Assembly (NCBI GenBank): GCA_963749075.1
Contig: CAVVLJ010000016.1
Location: forward strand, 32,001-96,000
Reading direction: 5' to 3'
Length of the DNA: 64,000 bases
DNA from: an uncultured Pseudomonadota bacterium
GTDB lineage: Bacteria > Pseudomonadota > Alphaproteobacteria > JACZXZ01
Position 1 is the stretch's first letter. Each line of letters opens with the position of its first letter. The notes under the pieces were generated by a model, which saw nothing but the letters and a program-made list of their open reading frames with translations, ran no database searches and had not been told where the DNA came from. A program made the position numbers and the translations under genes. Of this stretch, positions 8,958 through 20,100 are shown piece by piece.

Positions 8958-11630
8958 TCAGGAGGCCTGGACGCTCCGCGTGCCGCCCGCCTCGCGCGCA
9001 GGCATTGCCGCCATCGCCGCCGCTGGCAGCGGCACGGGCAGCGACTTGGGCGCGCGGCTCCAGCCGAGGCTCGGCATGGCGCTGATGAGAGAGGTGGCGA
9101 CGCCGGCGGCGTAGGGCAGCGACATGGAGAGCAGCATCGAGGCCCAGGTGAGCGCCTCGTCGTTCTGCCAGCCGCTGCCCAGCGTGCCGTCGCCGATGAG
9201 GATGACGGCGGCACCGAGCCAGAGCAGCGTCACCAGCACGAACTCCTCCCACGCGACGACGATGCCGCGGATGATCGCCGACTTGTCCTCGCATTTGGGC
9301 GTGCGCAGGAAGGGCCGCTCGTCGGTGAAGAGGCCGAGCAGCACCGCCTTGGAGACGGCGTGGGTGAGCGCCATGCCGGCAAGTGCGGCGCCTATGCGCT
9401 GGCGCAGCCCGCAGCCCACCTTCGCCTGGTAGAGCCAGATCGTCTCGATCAGCTTGAAGCCCACCATGACGAGGGCCGGCACCACGAAGACGCCGAGGGG
9501 GAATTCGAACCAGTGGGGCGAGAGCGCGAGGAGCGCCGTCCAGCCGAGTGCCGCGAGCGTGAAGAGGAGCTGCAGCCCGTCGCCGAGCCAGGGCAGCCAG
9601 CCGGCGAGGAAGTGGAACTTCTGGCCGGACGTAAGCGCGTGGCTGCCGGGGAGGAACCAGCCGAGGTGGCGCTTCAGGATCTGCATGGCGCCATAGGCCC
9701 AGCGGAAGCGCTGCGAGCGGTAGCCGGCGAAGCTGTCGGGCGTCAGCCCCTGGCCGAAGGACTCCTTGACGTAGACCGCCTCGTAGCCCTCGGCGATGAC
9801 GCGCAGGCCGAGCTCGGCGTCCTCGCAGATGCACCACTCGGCCCAGCCGCCCAGCTTGTCGAGCAGCGAGCGGCGCACCAGCGTCATGGTGCCGTGCTGG
9901 ATGATGGCGTTCGCCTCGTTGCGCAGCACCATGCCGAGGTTGAAGAAGCCGGCATATTCCCAGTTGATCGCCTCCTTGAAGAGGCTCTCGCCGCCGTCGC
10001 GGTGGTCCTGCGGGCATTGCACCACGCCGACGCGCTCGTTGGCGAGATGGGGCACCGTCGCCTTGAGCCAGTCCGCGCGCACCACGTAGTCGCTGTCGAT
10101 CACGCCGACGATCTCGGCCGCTGGGTCGCAGGCCTTGAGTGCCAAGTTGAGGGCACCCGCCTTGAAGCCCCTGAGGCCGTCCACATGGATGAAGCGGACG
10201 CGCCCGCCGAGCCCCGCGCAATGGGCCTCGACCGGCCGCCATATGTCGGGATTCCGGGTGTTGTTGTCGATCACCAGGATCTCGAGGTTGGGATAGTCGA
10301 GCGCCGCCAGGCTGTTGATCGTCTGGATCACCATGGCGACGGGCTCGTTGTGGATGGGGAGGTGCAGCGACACCTTGGGCAGCGGCGTCTCGCTCCCCGG
10401 CAAGGCCGCCCTGAACTCGCGGCGCCAGCGCCGCGTCCACAGCATGATCGCCATCTGGCCGCCCTCGGTCACGAGGAGCGCCAGGAGGCCGAGCTGGCCG
10501 AGCATCATCACGCTCCACAGCGCGAGGTCGGTCGAGGTGAGATAGCGCTCCGAGCCCGAGAGGATGCTCCAGGCGAGGATAGAGCCGGCGGCCTGGGCGA
10601 TGGCGGCGAAGGTCAGCTGGCCGGCGAGATGGAGCTCGCGCCAGCGGATCAGGAAGAAGAGCATCGCGGGCAGCGCCATGAGCGTCGCGGCGAGTGCCAC
10701 ATAGGGCCAGTAGGCATTCTCGGTGACCGGCCCGGCGAGCGCGTATTTGGCCTGCCGGTCCGCGTCATAGAGGCCCCAATAGGCGCCGACCGTGCCCTCG
10801 ATCCTCTCCTTCCAGGGTTGGTCGAAGGCCTCCATGAGGAAGTACTGCACCCCCTCGCGGTCGGCGAAGTTGAGGAACTCGCGCATGAAGCGCGCCTGGT
10901 TGGCCGGGCTGGCCTTGGCCAGGCCGAACTGCGGGCCCTTGCTCGGCCAGCCGACCTCGGTCAGCACGATCGGCTTGTTGGGGAAGGCCTGCTTGAGGCG
11001 CTCGTACTCGCCGGCCACGAAACTGACCGCGTCCTTGATCGGCACGCCCTCCCAATACGGCAGGATATGGGCGGCGATGTAGTCGACCTCCTTGCCGAGC
11101 TCGGGATGGGCGAGCCAGACATAGGCGGGCTCGGCGGTCGAAACCGGCACCTCGATGCGGCTGCGCGCCCAGCGCAGGTAGCGGATCATCTCGGGCACGC
11201 TCACGTCGGCGCGGTGGATGGACTCGTTGCCGACCAGCACGCGGTCGATGTTGGGGTAGAGCCGCACCATGTTGACCAGGGTGTCGAGCTCGAGCTGGTT
11301 GTTGTCGAGGCGCTTGTCGAGCCAGGCGCCGGCGGCGACGTAGAGCCCGTACTTGGCCGCCAGGCCGGGCACGTCCTCGACTCCCTCGGTCGTGCTGTAG
11401 GTGCGCACCGCGGCCACGCGGGTCTGCAGCAGCTTGAGGTCGCTGTCGATCTCCTGCCGGCTGGGGAACTTGCCGGTGGTCGGGTTCTCGCTCTCCCGGT
11501 AGGGGCTGAAGGAAACGCCTTGAATGACGCCCCACCAGGAAGGCAGCTCGGAAGGCTGATTGAACGCCCACCAGACCGCGAAATTGGCGGCGGCTACCAA
11601 CGCTATGATGATGAGGCTCGCCCGACGCAT
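8958..11630 (-). CDS. ndvB: GH17-GT2 fusion, cyclic beta-1,3-glucan synthase-like
   Basis: GH17 motifs VGNE, EVGWPS, EAFDQPWK; transmembrane segment; GT2 motifs KAGALN, DSD, CEDAEL, QRFRW. Confidence 0.85.
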   Translation of the reverse strand: MRRASLIIIALVAAANFAVWWAFNQPSELPSWWGVIQGVSFSPYRESENPTTGKFPSRQEIDSDLKLLQTRVAAVRTYSTTEGVEDVPGLAAKYGLYVAAGAWLDKRLDNNQLELDTLVNMVRLYPNIDRVLVGNESIHRADVSVPEMIRYLRWARSRIEVPVSTAEPAYVWLAHPELGKEVDYIAAHILPYWEGVPIKDAVSFVAGEYERLKQAFPNKPIVLTEVGWPSKGPQFGLAKASPANQARFMREFLNFADREGVQYFLMEAFDQPWKERIEGTVGAYWGLYDADRQAKYALAGPVTENAYWPYVALAATLMALPAMLFFLIRWRELHLAGQLTFAAIAQAAGSILAWSILSGSERYLTSTDLALWSVMMLGQLGLLALLVTEGGQMAIMLWTRRWRREFRAALPGSETPLPKVSLHLPIHNEPVAMVIQTINSLAALDYPNLEILVIDNNTRNPDIWRPVEAHCAGLGGRVRFIHVDGLRGFKAGALNLALKACDPAAEIVGVIDSDYVVRADWLKATVPHLANERVGVVQCPQDHRDGGESLFKEAINWEYAGFFNLGMVLRNEANAIIQHGTMTLVRRSLLDKLGGWAEWCICEDAELGLRVIAEGYEAVYVKESFGQGLTPDSFAGYRSQRFRWAYGAMQILKRHLGWFLPGSHALTSGQKFHFLAGWLPWLGDGLQLLFTLAALGWTALLALSPHWFEFPLGVFVVPALVMVGFKLIETIWLYQAKVGCGLRQRIGAALAGMALTHAVSKAVLLGLFTDERPFLRTPKCEDKSAIIRGIVVAWEEFVLVTLLWLGAAVILIGDGTLGSGWQNDEALTWASMLLSMSLPYAAGVATSLISAMPSLGWSRAPKSLPVPLPAAAMAAMPAREAGGTRSVQAS

Positions 11631-12115
11631 GTTCTTGTCTTTCGAACTCACACGCACCCGCGGCAATCCGCGCGTCGCGGCGGCGCTGCGTCGGCAATAC
11701 CTTGGCTTGGCGACGTGGCTGAAAATCGGCCCGCTTCTTGCGTCAGGCGCCCTACCGCGCCTGCTCCGGCACCCTGCATGAGCCCGCGCGCTACCGGTGC
11801 CCCGGCCGCTGAGAACGCCCGAACCTCATGCCAATTCCCGAGATGCCCTCGTGGAGCGGGACTGCCCCTCAGTGACGCGCTCTTGCCCTCGTCGAGGTAT
11901 TTTTGCCTTCCACACGCCGCTTGAGGCCGCACCGGCCAACCGGCTCCTACTGCGCTTATTGCGGCCGAGGCCAATTTCGGCCTCTGACAACATATAAGAA
12001 GATGGCGCGCCCGGCGTCCAGTGGAGTCGGTGCGATCCTTTCATGATTTTTTCGAATGGGCGCGAGCGGCAAGCTTCATGGATGGAACTTTGCGCCGGCC
12101 GCCGGCATTCTACGC

Positions 12116-13114
12116 TCAGGGGACGCTCTCGGCGTAGTGGCAGGCGACCAGCCCGCGCTCGAGGGCGCGGAGCGCCGGACGCTCGGCGGCGCAGCGCGCT
12201 TGCGCGTAGGGGCAGCGGGTGTGGAACGCGCAACCCGCGGGCGGGTTCAACGGCGAAGGCAGTTCCCCTTTGAGCATCAAGCGCTTGGCGCGCAGTCGGC
12301 GATCGACGAAGGGGGTCGAGGCGAGAAGCGCCTTGGTATAGGGGTGGCGGGGGGCGGCGAAGAGGGCGTCCTTGCTGCCCTGCTCGACCGTGCGGCCGAG
12401 GTACATCACCATGACCTCGTCCGCGATGTGGCGCACCACCGAGAGCCCATGGGAGATGAAGAGGTAGGCGAGGCGGAACTCCTCCTGCAGGTCCATGAGC
12501 AGGTTGAGGACCTGGGCCTGGATCGACACGTCGAGGGCCGAGACCGGCTCGTCCGCCACCACGACGCTGGGGCGGAGCATGAGCGCGCGCGCGATGGCGA
12601 TGCGCTGGCGCTGGCCGCCCGAGAACATGTGCGGGTAGCGCTCGTAGAACTCGGGGCGCAGGCCGACCCGCGCCATCATGGCGCGCGCCGCCTCGCGCCG
12701 GGCCGCCGCCGTCATGCGGGTATTGATGACGAGCGGCTCCTCGAGGATGGCGCCGACCTTGCGCCGCGGATTGAGCGAGCCATAGGGGTCCTGGAAGACG
12801 ATCTGGACGTGGCGGCGGAGCGGGGCGAGCGCTGCCTTGGCCGCCCCCGCCACCTCATGGCCCACGAGCTTGAGACTGCCCGAGGTGGGCGGCTCGATGA
12901 GGGTCACCATGCGCGCGAGCGTGGATTTGCCGCAGCCGGACTCGCCCACGACGGCCAGCGTGCGGCCGGCCGCCAGACGAAAGCTGGCGCCGTCGACCGC
13001 GGCAAGCTCGGCGGGTGGTGCCAAGAGGCCCTGGCGCACCTTATAGACCTTGGTGAGGCTCTCGGCCTCGACCACGGGCGTCTCGGGAGCGGCACCGGCG
13101 GCGGCCGCGCTCAC
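12116..13114 (-). CDS. dppF: Dipeptide ABC transporter ATPase
   Basis: [18 protein letters not shown]-terminal Cys motif. Confidence 0.93.
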   Translation of the reverse strand: MSAAAAGAAPETPVVEAESLTKVYKVRQGLLAPPAELAAVDGASFRLAAGRTLAVVGESGCGKSTLARMVTLIEPPTSGSLKLVGHEVAGAAKAALAPLRRHVQIVFQDPYGSLNPRRKVGAILEEPLVINTRMTAAARREAARAMMARVGLRPEFYERYPHMFSGGQRQRIAIARALMLRPSVVVADEPVSALDVSIQAQVLNLLMDLQEEFRLAYLFISHGLSVVRHIADEVMVMYLGRTVEQGSKDALFAAPRHPYTKALLASTPFVDRRLRAKRLMLKGELPSPLNPPAGCAFHTRCPYAQARCAAERPALRALERGLVACHYAESVP

Positions 13115-14094
13115 GGCTCGGCCTCCATGGCGGCGGCGGCGAGCGGGTAATGGCAGCGTACGCGGGCACCCTCGAGGGCGCCGAGCGCCGGCTGCTCGGC
13201 ACGGCAGTGCCGGTCGGCATAGCCGCAGCGCGGGTTGAAGAGGCAGCCCGCCGGCCGGTCGCCAAGGCCGGGGACGACGCCGGGGATGGTCTGCAGGCGC
13301 CGCGCATGCGCGCTGCGCTCGGGCAGGCCCGCGAGGAGGGCGGCCGTATAGGGATGCCGCGGCCTGACGAAGAGCTCGGCGGCCCGCGCCTCCTCGACGA
13401 TCTGCCCCGCGTACATGACGACGACGCGCTCGGCCGTCTCGGCCACCACGCCCATGTCATGGGTGATGAGGATGAGCGCCATGCCGCGCTCGCGCTGGAG
13501 GCTCACCAGGAGCTCGAGAATCTGCGCCTGGATGGTCACGTCGAGCGCCGTCGTCGGCTCGTCGGCGATGAGGAGCCGCGGGTTGCAGGCGATCGCCATG
13601 GCGATCATGACGCGCTGGTTCATGCCGCCGGAGAGCTGGTGCGGGAAGGCGCCGAGCCGGCTTGCCGGCGCCGGGATGCCGACCTGTGCCAGGAGATCCA
13701 CGGCGCGCGCTCTGAGCGCCTTCCTCGTGCCGCCCTCGTGGATGCTTAAGGTCTCCATGATCTGATAGCCGACGGTGAAGCAGGGGTTGAGGCTGGTCAT
13801 CGGCTCCTGGAAGATCATCGCGATGTCCTTGCCGGCGATGCGCCGGCGCGCGCGCGCCCCGATCGTAAGCAGGTTCTTGCCGGCGAACTCGAGCCGTGCC
13901 GCGCGGACCTCGCCCGGATAGGCGACGAGGCCCATGAGCGCCAGCATGGCGACGCTCTTGCCGGAGCCGGATTCGCCGACGATGCCGACGGTCTCGCCCT
14001 CGCCGAGTGCCAGGCTCACGCCGTCGACCGCCTTGAGGGTGCCGCGCGCGGTGGCGAAATCGACCGCGAGGCTCTCGATCTCGAGGAGCGCCAT
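13111..14094 (-). CDS. dppD: Dipeptide ABC transporter ATPase
   Basis: [25 protein letters not shown]. Confidence 0.93.
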   Translation of the reverse strand: MALLEIESLAVDFATARGTLKAVDGVSLALGEGETVGIVGESGSGKSVAMLALMGLVAYPGEVRAARLEFAGKNLLTIGARARRRIAGKDIAMIFQEPMTSLNPCFTVGYQIMETLSIHEGGTRKALRARAVDLLAQVGIPAPASRLGAFPHQLSGGMNQRVMIAMAIACNPRLLIADEPTTALDVTIQAQILELLVSLQRERGMALILITHDMGVVAETAERVVVMYAGQIVEEARAAELFVRPRHPYTAALLAGLPERSAHARRLQTIPGVVPGLGDRPAGCLFNPRCGYADRHCRAEQPALGALEGARVRCHYPLAAAAMEAEP

Positions 14095-14107
14095 TGCCGC
14101 CCCCGAC

Positions 14108-15010
14108 CTAGCGCTTGAGCCGGGGGTCGAGGGCGTCGCGCAGGCCGTCGCCCATGAGGTTGCCGGCGAGCACGGTCACCAGGATGGCGAGCCCCGGCAG
14201 CGTCACCACCCACCAGGCGCGCAGGACGAACTCGCGCGAATCGGCGAGCATGGTGCCCCATTCGGGCGTCGGCGGTTGCGCGCCGAGGCCGAGGAAGCCC
14301 AACGCCGCGGCATCGATGATGCCGGCGGAGAAGCTCAAGGTCGCCTGCACGATGAGGGGGGCCAGGCAGTTGGGCAGCACGGTCGCGAACATCAGCCGCG
14401 CGGTCGAGGCGCCATTCACGCGCGAGGCCGTGACATAGTCCTTGGCGAGCTCGCCGATCACCGCCGCGCGCGTGATGCGCACGAAGTACGGCAGATAGAC
14501 GATGGCGACCGAGATCATGGCGTTGGCAAGCCCGGGTCCGAGGATCGCCACGATGACGATGGCGAGGAGCAGGCCCGGGATGGTCAGGATGACGTCCATG
14601 AGGCGCATGACGAGGATGCCGACGGCCCCCTGGAAGAAGCCGGCCACGAGCCCGAGAACGGTGCCAGCCGAGAGCGAGATGAGCACCACGATGCTGCCGA
14701 TGAGCAGCGAATAGCGCGTGCCGTGGATGAGGCGCGAGAGCATGTCGCGGCCGATGGCATCGGTGCCGAGGGGATAGGTGAGGCTGCCGCCCTCCTCCCA
14801 GAAGGGCGGCTTCAAGAAGGCATCGTCGTGGGTGGCGATCGGCGAGTGCGGCGAAATCACGTCCGCGAAGGCGGCGAGGAGCACGATGAGTACGATGATG
14901 GCGAGGCCGCCGACGGCACCCGGATTGTCGCTGAAATAGCTCCAGAACTCGCGCAGGGGCGAGGGCGGAGCCCGGACGGCTTCTGCGAGCGCCTCGCTCT
15001 CTAGGGCCAT
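14108..15010 (-). CDS. dppC: Dipeptide ABC permease
   Basis: [26 protein letters not shown]. Confidence 0.93.
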   Translation of the reverse strand: MALESEALAEAVRAPPSPLREFWSYFSDNPGAVGGLAIIVLIVLLAAFADVISPHSPIATHDDAFLKPPFWEEGGSLTYPLGTDAIGRDMLSRLIHGTRYSLLIGSIVVLISLSAGTVLGLVAGFFQGAVGILVMRLMDVILTIPGLLLAIVIVAILGPGLANAMISVAIVYLPYFVRITRAAVIGELAKDYVTASRVNGASTARLMFATVLPNCLAPLIVQATLSFSAGIIDAAALGFLGLGAQPPTPEWGTMLADSREFVLRAWWVVTLPGLAILVTVLAGNLMGDGLRDALDPRLKR

Positions 15011-15017
15011 GGCCGCC

Positions 15018-16028
15018 TCACCGCCGGTAGCGGATGCGCGGGTTGATCAGGCCGTAGAGCATGTCGACGCCGAGGTTGACCAGCATGATGACCGTGCCGA
15101 TGAGGAGCACCCCGCCCTGCAGCACCGGATAATCGCGCCGGTTGATGCCCTCGACCAGCCACTTGCCCACGCCCGGCCAGGAGAAGATGGTCTCGGTCAG
15201 GATGGCGCCGGCGAAGAGCGAGCCGACGTAGAGCCCGATCACCGTGATCACCGGAATGAGCGCGTTCCTGAGCGCGTGCACGCCGACCACCCAGATCGGG
15301 GCGAGGCCCTTGGCGCGCGCCGTGCGGATGTAGTCCTCGCCGAGCACCTCGAGCATGGACGAGCGCGTCATGCGCGCGATCACGGCGAGCGGGATGGTGC
15401 CGAGCGCCACCGCCGGCAGGATGAGGTGGCTCAACGCCGAGGCGAAGGCGCCGTCGTCGCCGGAGAGGGCGGAATCGATGAGGAGGAAGCCGGTCACCGG
15501 CTGGACGTCGAACTCGACCGAGATGCGCCCCGAGACCGGCGTCCAGTGGAGCGTGTTGGAGAAGAAGATGATGAGAAGGAGCCCCCACCAGAAGATCGGC
15601 ATGGAATAGCCGGTGAGCGAGACGCCCATCACGCCGTGGTCGAGCACCGAGTTGCGCTTGACCGCGGCGAGAATGCCGGCCGGCAGCCCGATCCCCACGG
15701 CGAGCAGCATGGCCGAGAGCGAGAGCTCGATCGTCGCAGGGAAGAGCGCTCGGAACTCGTCGATGATCGGCGCATGGGTGATGAGCGAGACGCCGAGGTC
15801 GCCGCGCAGCACGTGGCTCATGTAGACGAGGTACTGGACGTAGAGCGGCCGGTCGAGGCCGTAGTCGTGCAACAGTTCGGCGTGACGTGCCGCCGTAATG
15901 CCGCGCTCGCCGGCCAGTATCTCGATGGGATCGCCGGGCACGGCATGGACGAGGAGGAAGGTGAGGAGCGTGATCCCGATGAAGGTCGGGACGATGAGGC
16001 TCAAGCGCGTGAAGATGAAGCGCAGCAT
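15018..16028 (-). CDS. dppB: Dipeptide ABC permease
   Basis: PGDP, GDLG, YIRTARAKGL, RRDYPV. Confidence 0.93.
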   Translation of the reverse strand: MLRFIFTRLSLIVPTFIGITLLTFLLVHAVPGDPIEILAGERGITAARHAELLHDYGLDRPLYVQYLVYMSHVLRGDLGVSLITHAPIIDEFRALFPATIELSLSAMLLAVGIGLPAGILAAVKRNSVLDHGVMGVSLTGYSMPIFWWGLLLIIFFSNTLHWTPVSGRISVEFDVQPVTGFLLIDSALSGDDGAFASALSHLILPAVALGTIPLAVIARMTRSSMLEVLGEDYIRTARAKGLAPIWVVGVHALRNALIPVITVIGLYVGSLFAGAILTETIFSWPGVGKWLVEGINRRDYPVLQGGVLLIGTVIMLVNLGVDMLYGLINPRIRYRR

Positions 16029-16065
16029 CCGTTCCTAGCGCCCGGGTTCTCGGTGGCGCAACGGA

Positions 16066-16167
16066 CCCCCCACCCCAGCCCTCCCCCTCAAGGGGGGAGG
16101 GAGCTGCTGCGAGCATGCTCTACCGACCTTGTCCCTCCCCCCTTGAGGGGGAGGGTAGGGAGGGGGG
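16066..16167. repeat. BoxC-like palindromic doublet, family B copy 1
   Basis: ccccccaccccagccctccccctcaaggggggaggg ... ccctccccccttgagggggagggtagggagggggg between dppA and dppB. Confidence 0.9.
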
Positions 16168-16229
16168 ACCGGCATCAAGGCTCCGAACATTGGCCGGCGC
16201 CGCGCGGCGCCGGCCGCCGCATCACCGCC

Positions 16230-17831
16230 TCAGCTCCCCTCTTTGAAGTAGCAGCGGGCGAAATCGTGGCCGCCGAGCGGGCTCAGGGTGAAGCCCTCGA
16301 GGTCCTTCCTCATCACCTTCACCTGCACCGCGTGCGCGATCAGGTACCAGGGCGTCTCCTCGTGGACGATGACCTGGGCCTTCTTATAGAGCTCGGTGCG
16401 CTTGGCGATATTGGTGGTGCGCTGTGCCTCGGTGACGAGCGCGTCGAAATCCTTGTTGCACCACTTGGCGACGTTGCCGCCGCCCGGTGCCGCCGCGGCG
16501 CAGCCGAGCAGCGTGAAGAGGAAGTTGTCGGGATCGCCGTTGTCGCCGGTCCAGCCGAGCTGCACCATCTGGGGCTCGCCGGCCTGGGCGCGCTTGCGGT
16601 ACTCGCCCCACTCGTAGGAGACGATCTTGGCCTTGATGCCGACCTTGGCGAGGTCCGCCTGCATGAGCTCGGCGATGCGCTTTCCGTTCGGATTGTAGGG
16701 GCGCTGCACCGGGATGGCCCAGAGGTCGGTCTCGAAGCCGTTGGGCAGGCCCGCCTCGGCGAGCAGCTTCTTCGCCATCGCCGGATCATAGGGGTAGTCC
16801 TTAATCGCATCGTTGTAGGACCACATGGAGGGCGGGATCGGGTTCTTCGCCGGGATGCCGATCCCCAGGTAGACCGCGTCGAGGATCGCCTTCTTGTTGA
16901 TGGCGTAATCGACCGCCTTGCGCACGCGCTTGTCGTCGAAGGGCTTCTTCTGGGTGTTGAAGGCGAGATAGCCGACGTTGAGGCCGGGCTGCTCGAGCAC
17001 CTTGAGCGCCGGGTCCTTCTTCATGGCCGGGATGTCGGCCGGGTTCGGGTAGGGCATGATGGTGCACTCGCCCGACTTGAGCTTGGCGTAGCGCACCGAG
17101 TTGTCCGGCGTGATGGCGAAGACGAGATCGACCTTGGGCTTGCCGCCCCAGTAGTTCGGGTTCGCCTTGTAGCGGATGATGGCGTCCTTCTGATAGCTCT
17201 CGAAGATGAAGGGGCCGGTGCCGACCGGCTCCTGGTCGACCGTCTCGGGCTTGCCCGCCTTCATCATCTGGTCGGCGTATTCCTTGGAGGTGATGGTGGC
17301 GAAGTCCATGGCCATGTTGGCGAGGAAGGGCGCGTTGGGCACGTTGAGCGTGAAGCGCACCGTGTGGTCGTCGACCTTCTCCACCGACTTGAGGATCTTC
17401 GGCATGTCCATGTCGTTGAAGTAGCTGTGGTTGTCGCTGGTGACCTTGAAGTAGGGGTTGTCCTTGTTCGACTGGCGGTCGAAGCTGAAGACCACGTCGT
17501 CGGCGTCGAAGTCGCGGCTCGGCTTGAAGGTCTTCGTGGTGTGCCACTTGACGCCCTTGCGCAGATGGAAGGTATAGGTGAGGGCGTCGGGCGAGATGTC
17601 CCAGCTCTGCGCCAGGGCGGGCTGCACCTTCGTGGTGCCAGGCGTGAACTCGACGAGGCGGTTGTAGACCTGCCGCGAGGCGTCGAAGGACGTGCCGGTG
17701 GTGTTGATCGCCGGGTAGAAATTCTCCGGGCTGCCCTCGGAGCAGAAGATGACCGTTTTCGCCTCGGCGCCGGCCGCGAACGCCGCGGCGGCGGCCAGTC
17801 CGAGTGCGGCGGCCAAGAGATGTCGCTTCAT
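16230..17831 (-). CDS. dppA: Dipeptide ABC substrate-binding protein
   Basis: Signal peptide, CSEGSPE, VQRPYNPN, GWTGDNGDPDNF. Confidence 0.95.
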   Translation of the reverse strand: MKRHLLAAALGLAAAAAFAAGAEAKTVIFCSEGSPENFYPAINTTGTSFDASRQVYNRLVEFTPGTTKVQPALAQSWDISPDALTYTFHLRKGVKWHTTKTFKPSRDFDADDVVFSFDRQSNKDNPYFKVTSDNHSYFNDMDMPKILKSVEKVDDHTVRFTLNVPNAPFLANMAMDFATITSKEYADQMMKAGKPETVDQEPVGTGPFIFESYQKDAIIRYKANPNYWGGKPKVDLVFAITPDNSVRYAKLKSGECTIMPYPNPADIPAMKKDPALKVLEQPGLNVGYLAFNTQKKPFDDKRVRKAVDYAINKKAILDAVYLGIGIPAKNPIPPSMWSYNDAIKDYPYDPAMAKKLLAEAGLPNGFETDLWAIPVQRPYNPNGKRIAELMQADLAKVGIKAKIVSYEWGEYRKRAQAGEPQMVQLGWTGDNGDPDNFLFTLLGCAAAAPGGGNVAKWCNKDFDALVTEAQRTTNIAKRTELYKKAQVIVHEETPWYLIAHAVQVKVMRKDLEGFTLSPLGGHDFARCYFKEGS

Positions 17832-18024
17832 GGCTGGTCTCCCTGTGCCCGATGCCCCGTCGGTCGGCCGGCAGACCCGGCCGCAGAGCGGTGGCGGTTG
17901 CCGGCAACTGTGCGCGCGCGAAGTGCCGCTGTCAACCGAGGCAGGGAGTGCCGGGATCGCAGCGAGGAGCGCCGAGCGGCCCGCCGGCGTTGACGAGGCG
18001 GGGCGATCGATTATCCTCGCCGCC

Positions 18025-18519
18025 ATGAAGCCCTCGGCAACTCCCGCCCCGCTCGAGCTCCACCGCGAGAGCGTGCTGCCCGAATGGACCGACTACAACG
18101 GCCACATGAACCTCGCCTATTATGTCCTCGCCTTCGATCACGCGACCGACCGGCTCTTCGACCATCTCGGCCTCGGACACGCCTACCGGTTGCGCACCGA
18201 CCACTCGCTCTTCACGCTCGAGGCCCATGTGAGCTACGCGCGCGAGCTCAATGCCGGCGATGCGCTGCGCTTCACCACCCAGCTCGTCGCGTACGACGCC
18301 AAGCGCATCCATTACTTCCACGCCATGTACCACGCGGACGAGGGCTATCTCGCGGCGACCAACGAGCTCCTCAGCATCCACGTGAGCCTGTCCGCGCGGC
18401 GCGCGAGCGCCATGCCGGCGGCCGCCCTGGCACGGCTCGAGCGCCTCATGGCCGAGCACGCCGCGCTCCCGCGTCCGCCGCAGCTCGGTCGCGTCATCGC
18501 GATTCCGCGCAAGGGCTAA
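18025..18519 (+). CDS. Hotdog-fold thioesterase (4HBT-like)
   Basis: WTDYNGHMN motif. Confidence 0.88.
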   Translation: MKPSATPAPLELHRESVLPEWTDYNGHMNLAYYVLAFDHATDRLFDHLGLGHAYRLRTDHSLFTLEAHVSYARELNAGDALRFTTQLVAYDAKRIHYFHAMYHADEGYLAATNELLSIHVSLSARRASAMPAAALARLERLMAEHAALPRPPQLGRVIAIPRKG

Positions 18520-18600
18520 GGGCGATTTGCCGGCTTCCTTGCGGCGCTGCGGCCGCGGCCGCATAATCCCGCGGCATTCCTCGCTTCGCACGGCTGACCC

Positions 18601-19980
18601 ATGTCGCTCGCACTCCTCCAGCAGCAGGCCATGGCGCATTACAGCGCCGGCCGGTTGGACGCCGCCCTCGAGACCTGCCGCGATATCCTGACTACCGGCG
18701 GCGAGCGGCCCGACGTGCTGAGCTTCGCCGGCATGATCGCCGTCGAGCTCGGCGAGCTCGCGGAAGGGATCGCCTTCTACCGCAAGGCGCTGGCCTTGAG
18801 GCCCGCTTTCGCCGAGGCGCAGTACAATCTCGCGAACGCCCTCGACAAGGCGGGCGATCTCGCCGCCGCAGCCGAGGCCTATCGCGCAGCGCTCGCCCTG
18901 CGGCCCAATCTCGTGCCCGCACTCCACGGCCTCGCGAGCGCGCTCCAGCGGCTCGGAGAGACCGCGGAGGCGGTCGCCTGGTACGAGCGCGCGCTGGCAA
19001 CGCAGCCTTCGGCCGAGAGCGAGCGCAGCCTCGGCACCGCACTCCAAGAGCTCGGCCGCACGGCCGAGGCGGTCGCCGCCTTCCGCCGCGCGTTAGCCCT
19101 CCGCCCGGACTGGGCCCTCGCCCACAACAACCTCGTCTACGTCCTCTTCGAGCGCGGCGAGGTGGCGGAAGCGCTCGCCGCCTGCGAGCGCTGGCTCAGG
19201 GCGAGCCCGGGGAATATCGAGGCGATGGGCCTCAAGGCGATGGCGCTCAACGAGGAAGGCGATGTAGCGGGTGCCGCCGCAATCTACGATTTCGACCGCT
19301 TCGTCCAGGTGCACGACCTCGCAGGCCCGCCCAGCTACGCGAGCCTTGCCGCGTTCAATGCGGCACTCGTGCGCCACGTCGAGGCGCACCCCTCGCTCAA
19401 GGTGCCGCCCGAGGACCATCCCACCTACCACCACCCGGCGCTGCAGATCACGGGCGAGCTCCTGGCGGCACCCAAGGGGCCGATGGCGGTGCTCGAGATG
19501 CTGATGCGCCGCTCGATCGCCGCCTATCTCGCGAGTGTGGAGCGCGAGCCGCCGCACCCCTTCCTCGCGCACTTCCCCAAGCGCTGGCGCCTCACCTCCT
19601 GGGCGACGCGCCTGGCGGGCCGGGGCAACCTGGTGCCCCACGTCCACCTCGAGGGCTATATGGGCGGCGTCTACTACCCGCTCCTTCCCAACGTCGTCGC
19701 CGCGGCGGACCAGGGCGAGGCCGGCTGGTTCGAGCTCGGCCGCCCGCCCGCCGAGCTCCACCTCAAGGCGCCGCCGCGCGTCCGGCGCATCCAGCCCAAG
19801 GAGGGGCGCATGCTGCTCTTCCCGGGCTACATGTACCACAACACCGTGCCCTTCGCGTCCGAGGAGCGGCGCATCTCGATCGCCTTCGATCTGGTGGCGG
19901 TCACCTCTCCCTCTCCTCCTTCAGGAGGAGAGGGTCGGGGTGAGGAGGTGATTGGGCCAAGCGCACCGCAAGCGATATGA
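18601..19980 (+). CDS. TPR protein with C-terminal 2OG-Fe(II) oxygenase-like domain
   Basis: TPR repeats; PHVH, GVYY, LFPGYMYHNTVP, RISIAFD. Confidence 0.85.
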   Translation: MSLALLQQQAMAHYSAGRLDAALETCRDILTTGGERPDVLSFAGMIAVELGELAEGIAFYRKALALRPAFAEAQYNLANALDKAGDLAAAAEAYRAALALRPNLVPALHGLASALQRLGETAEAVAWYERALATQPSAESERSLGTALQELGRTAEAVAAFRRALALRPDWALAHNNLVYVLFERGEVAEALAACERWLRASPGNIEAMGLKAMALNEEGDVAGAAAIYDFDRFVQVHDLAGPPSYASLAAFNAALVRHVEAHPSLKVPPEDHPTYHHPALQITGELLAAPKGPMAVLEMLMRRSIAAYLASVEREPPHPFLAHFPKRWRLTSWATRLAGRGNLVPHVHLEGYMGGVYYPLLPNVVAAADQGEAGWFELGRPPAELHLKAPPRVRRIQPKEGRMLLFPGYMYHNTVPFASEERRISIAFDLVAVTSPSPPSGGEGRGEEVIGPSAPQAI

Positions 19981-20050
19981 GTTCGACCTCCTCACCCTCC
20001 CATCGCTTCGCGATGGGCCCCTCCCTCTCCTCCTGAAGGAGGAGAGGGGA
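19905..20050. repeat. BoxC-like palindromic doublet, family A copy 2
   Basis: Same arms as copy 1 plus inner cccatcgcttcgcgatggg hairpin; left arm lies inside the CDS 3' end. Confidence 0.9.
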
Positions 20051-20100
20051 TAAGCAGGAGAGGGGAAATCGGCGCGCGAAAATGCTATATATCGTGGGCG

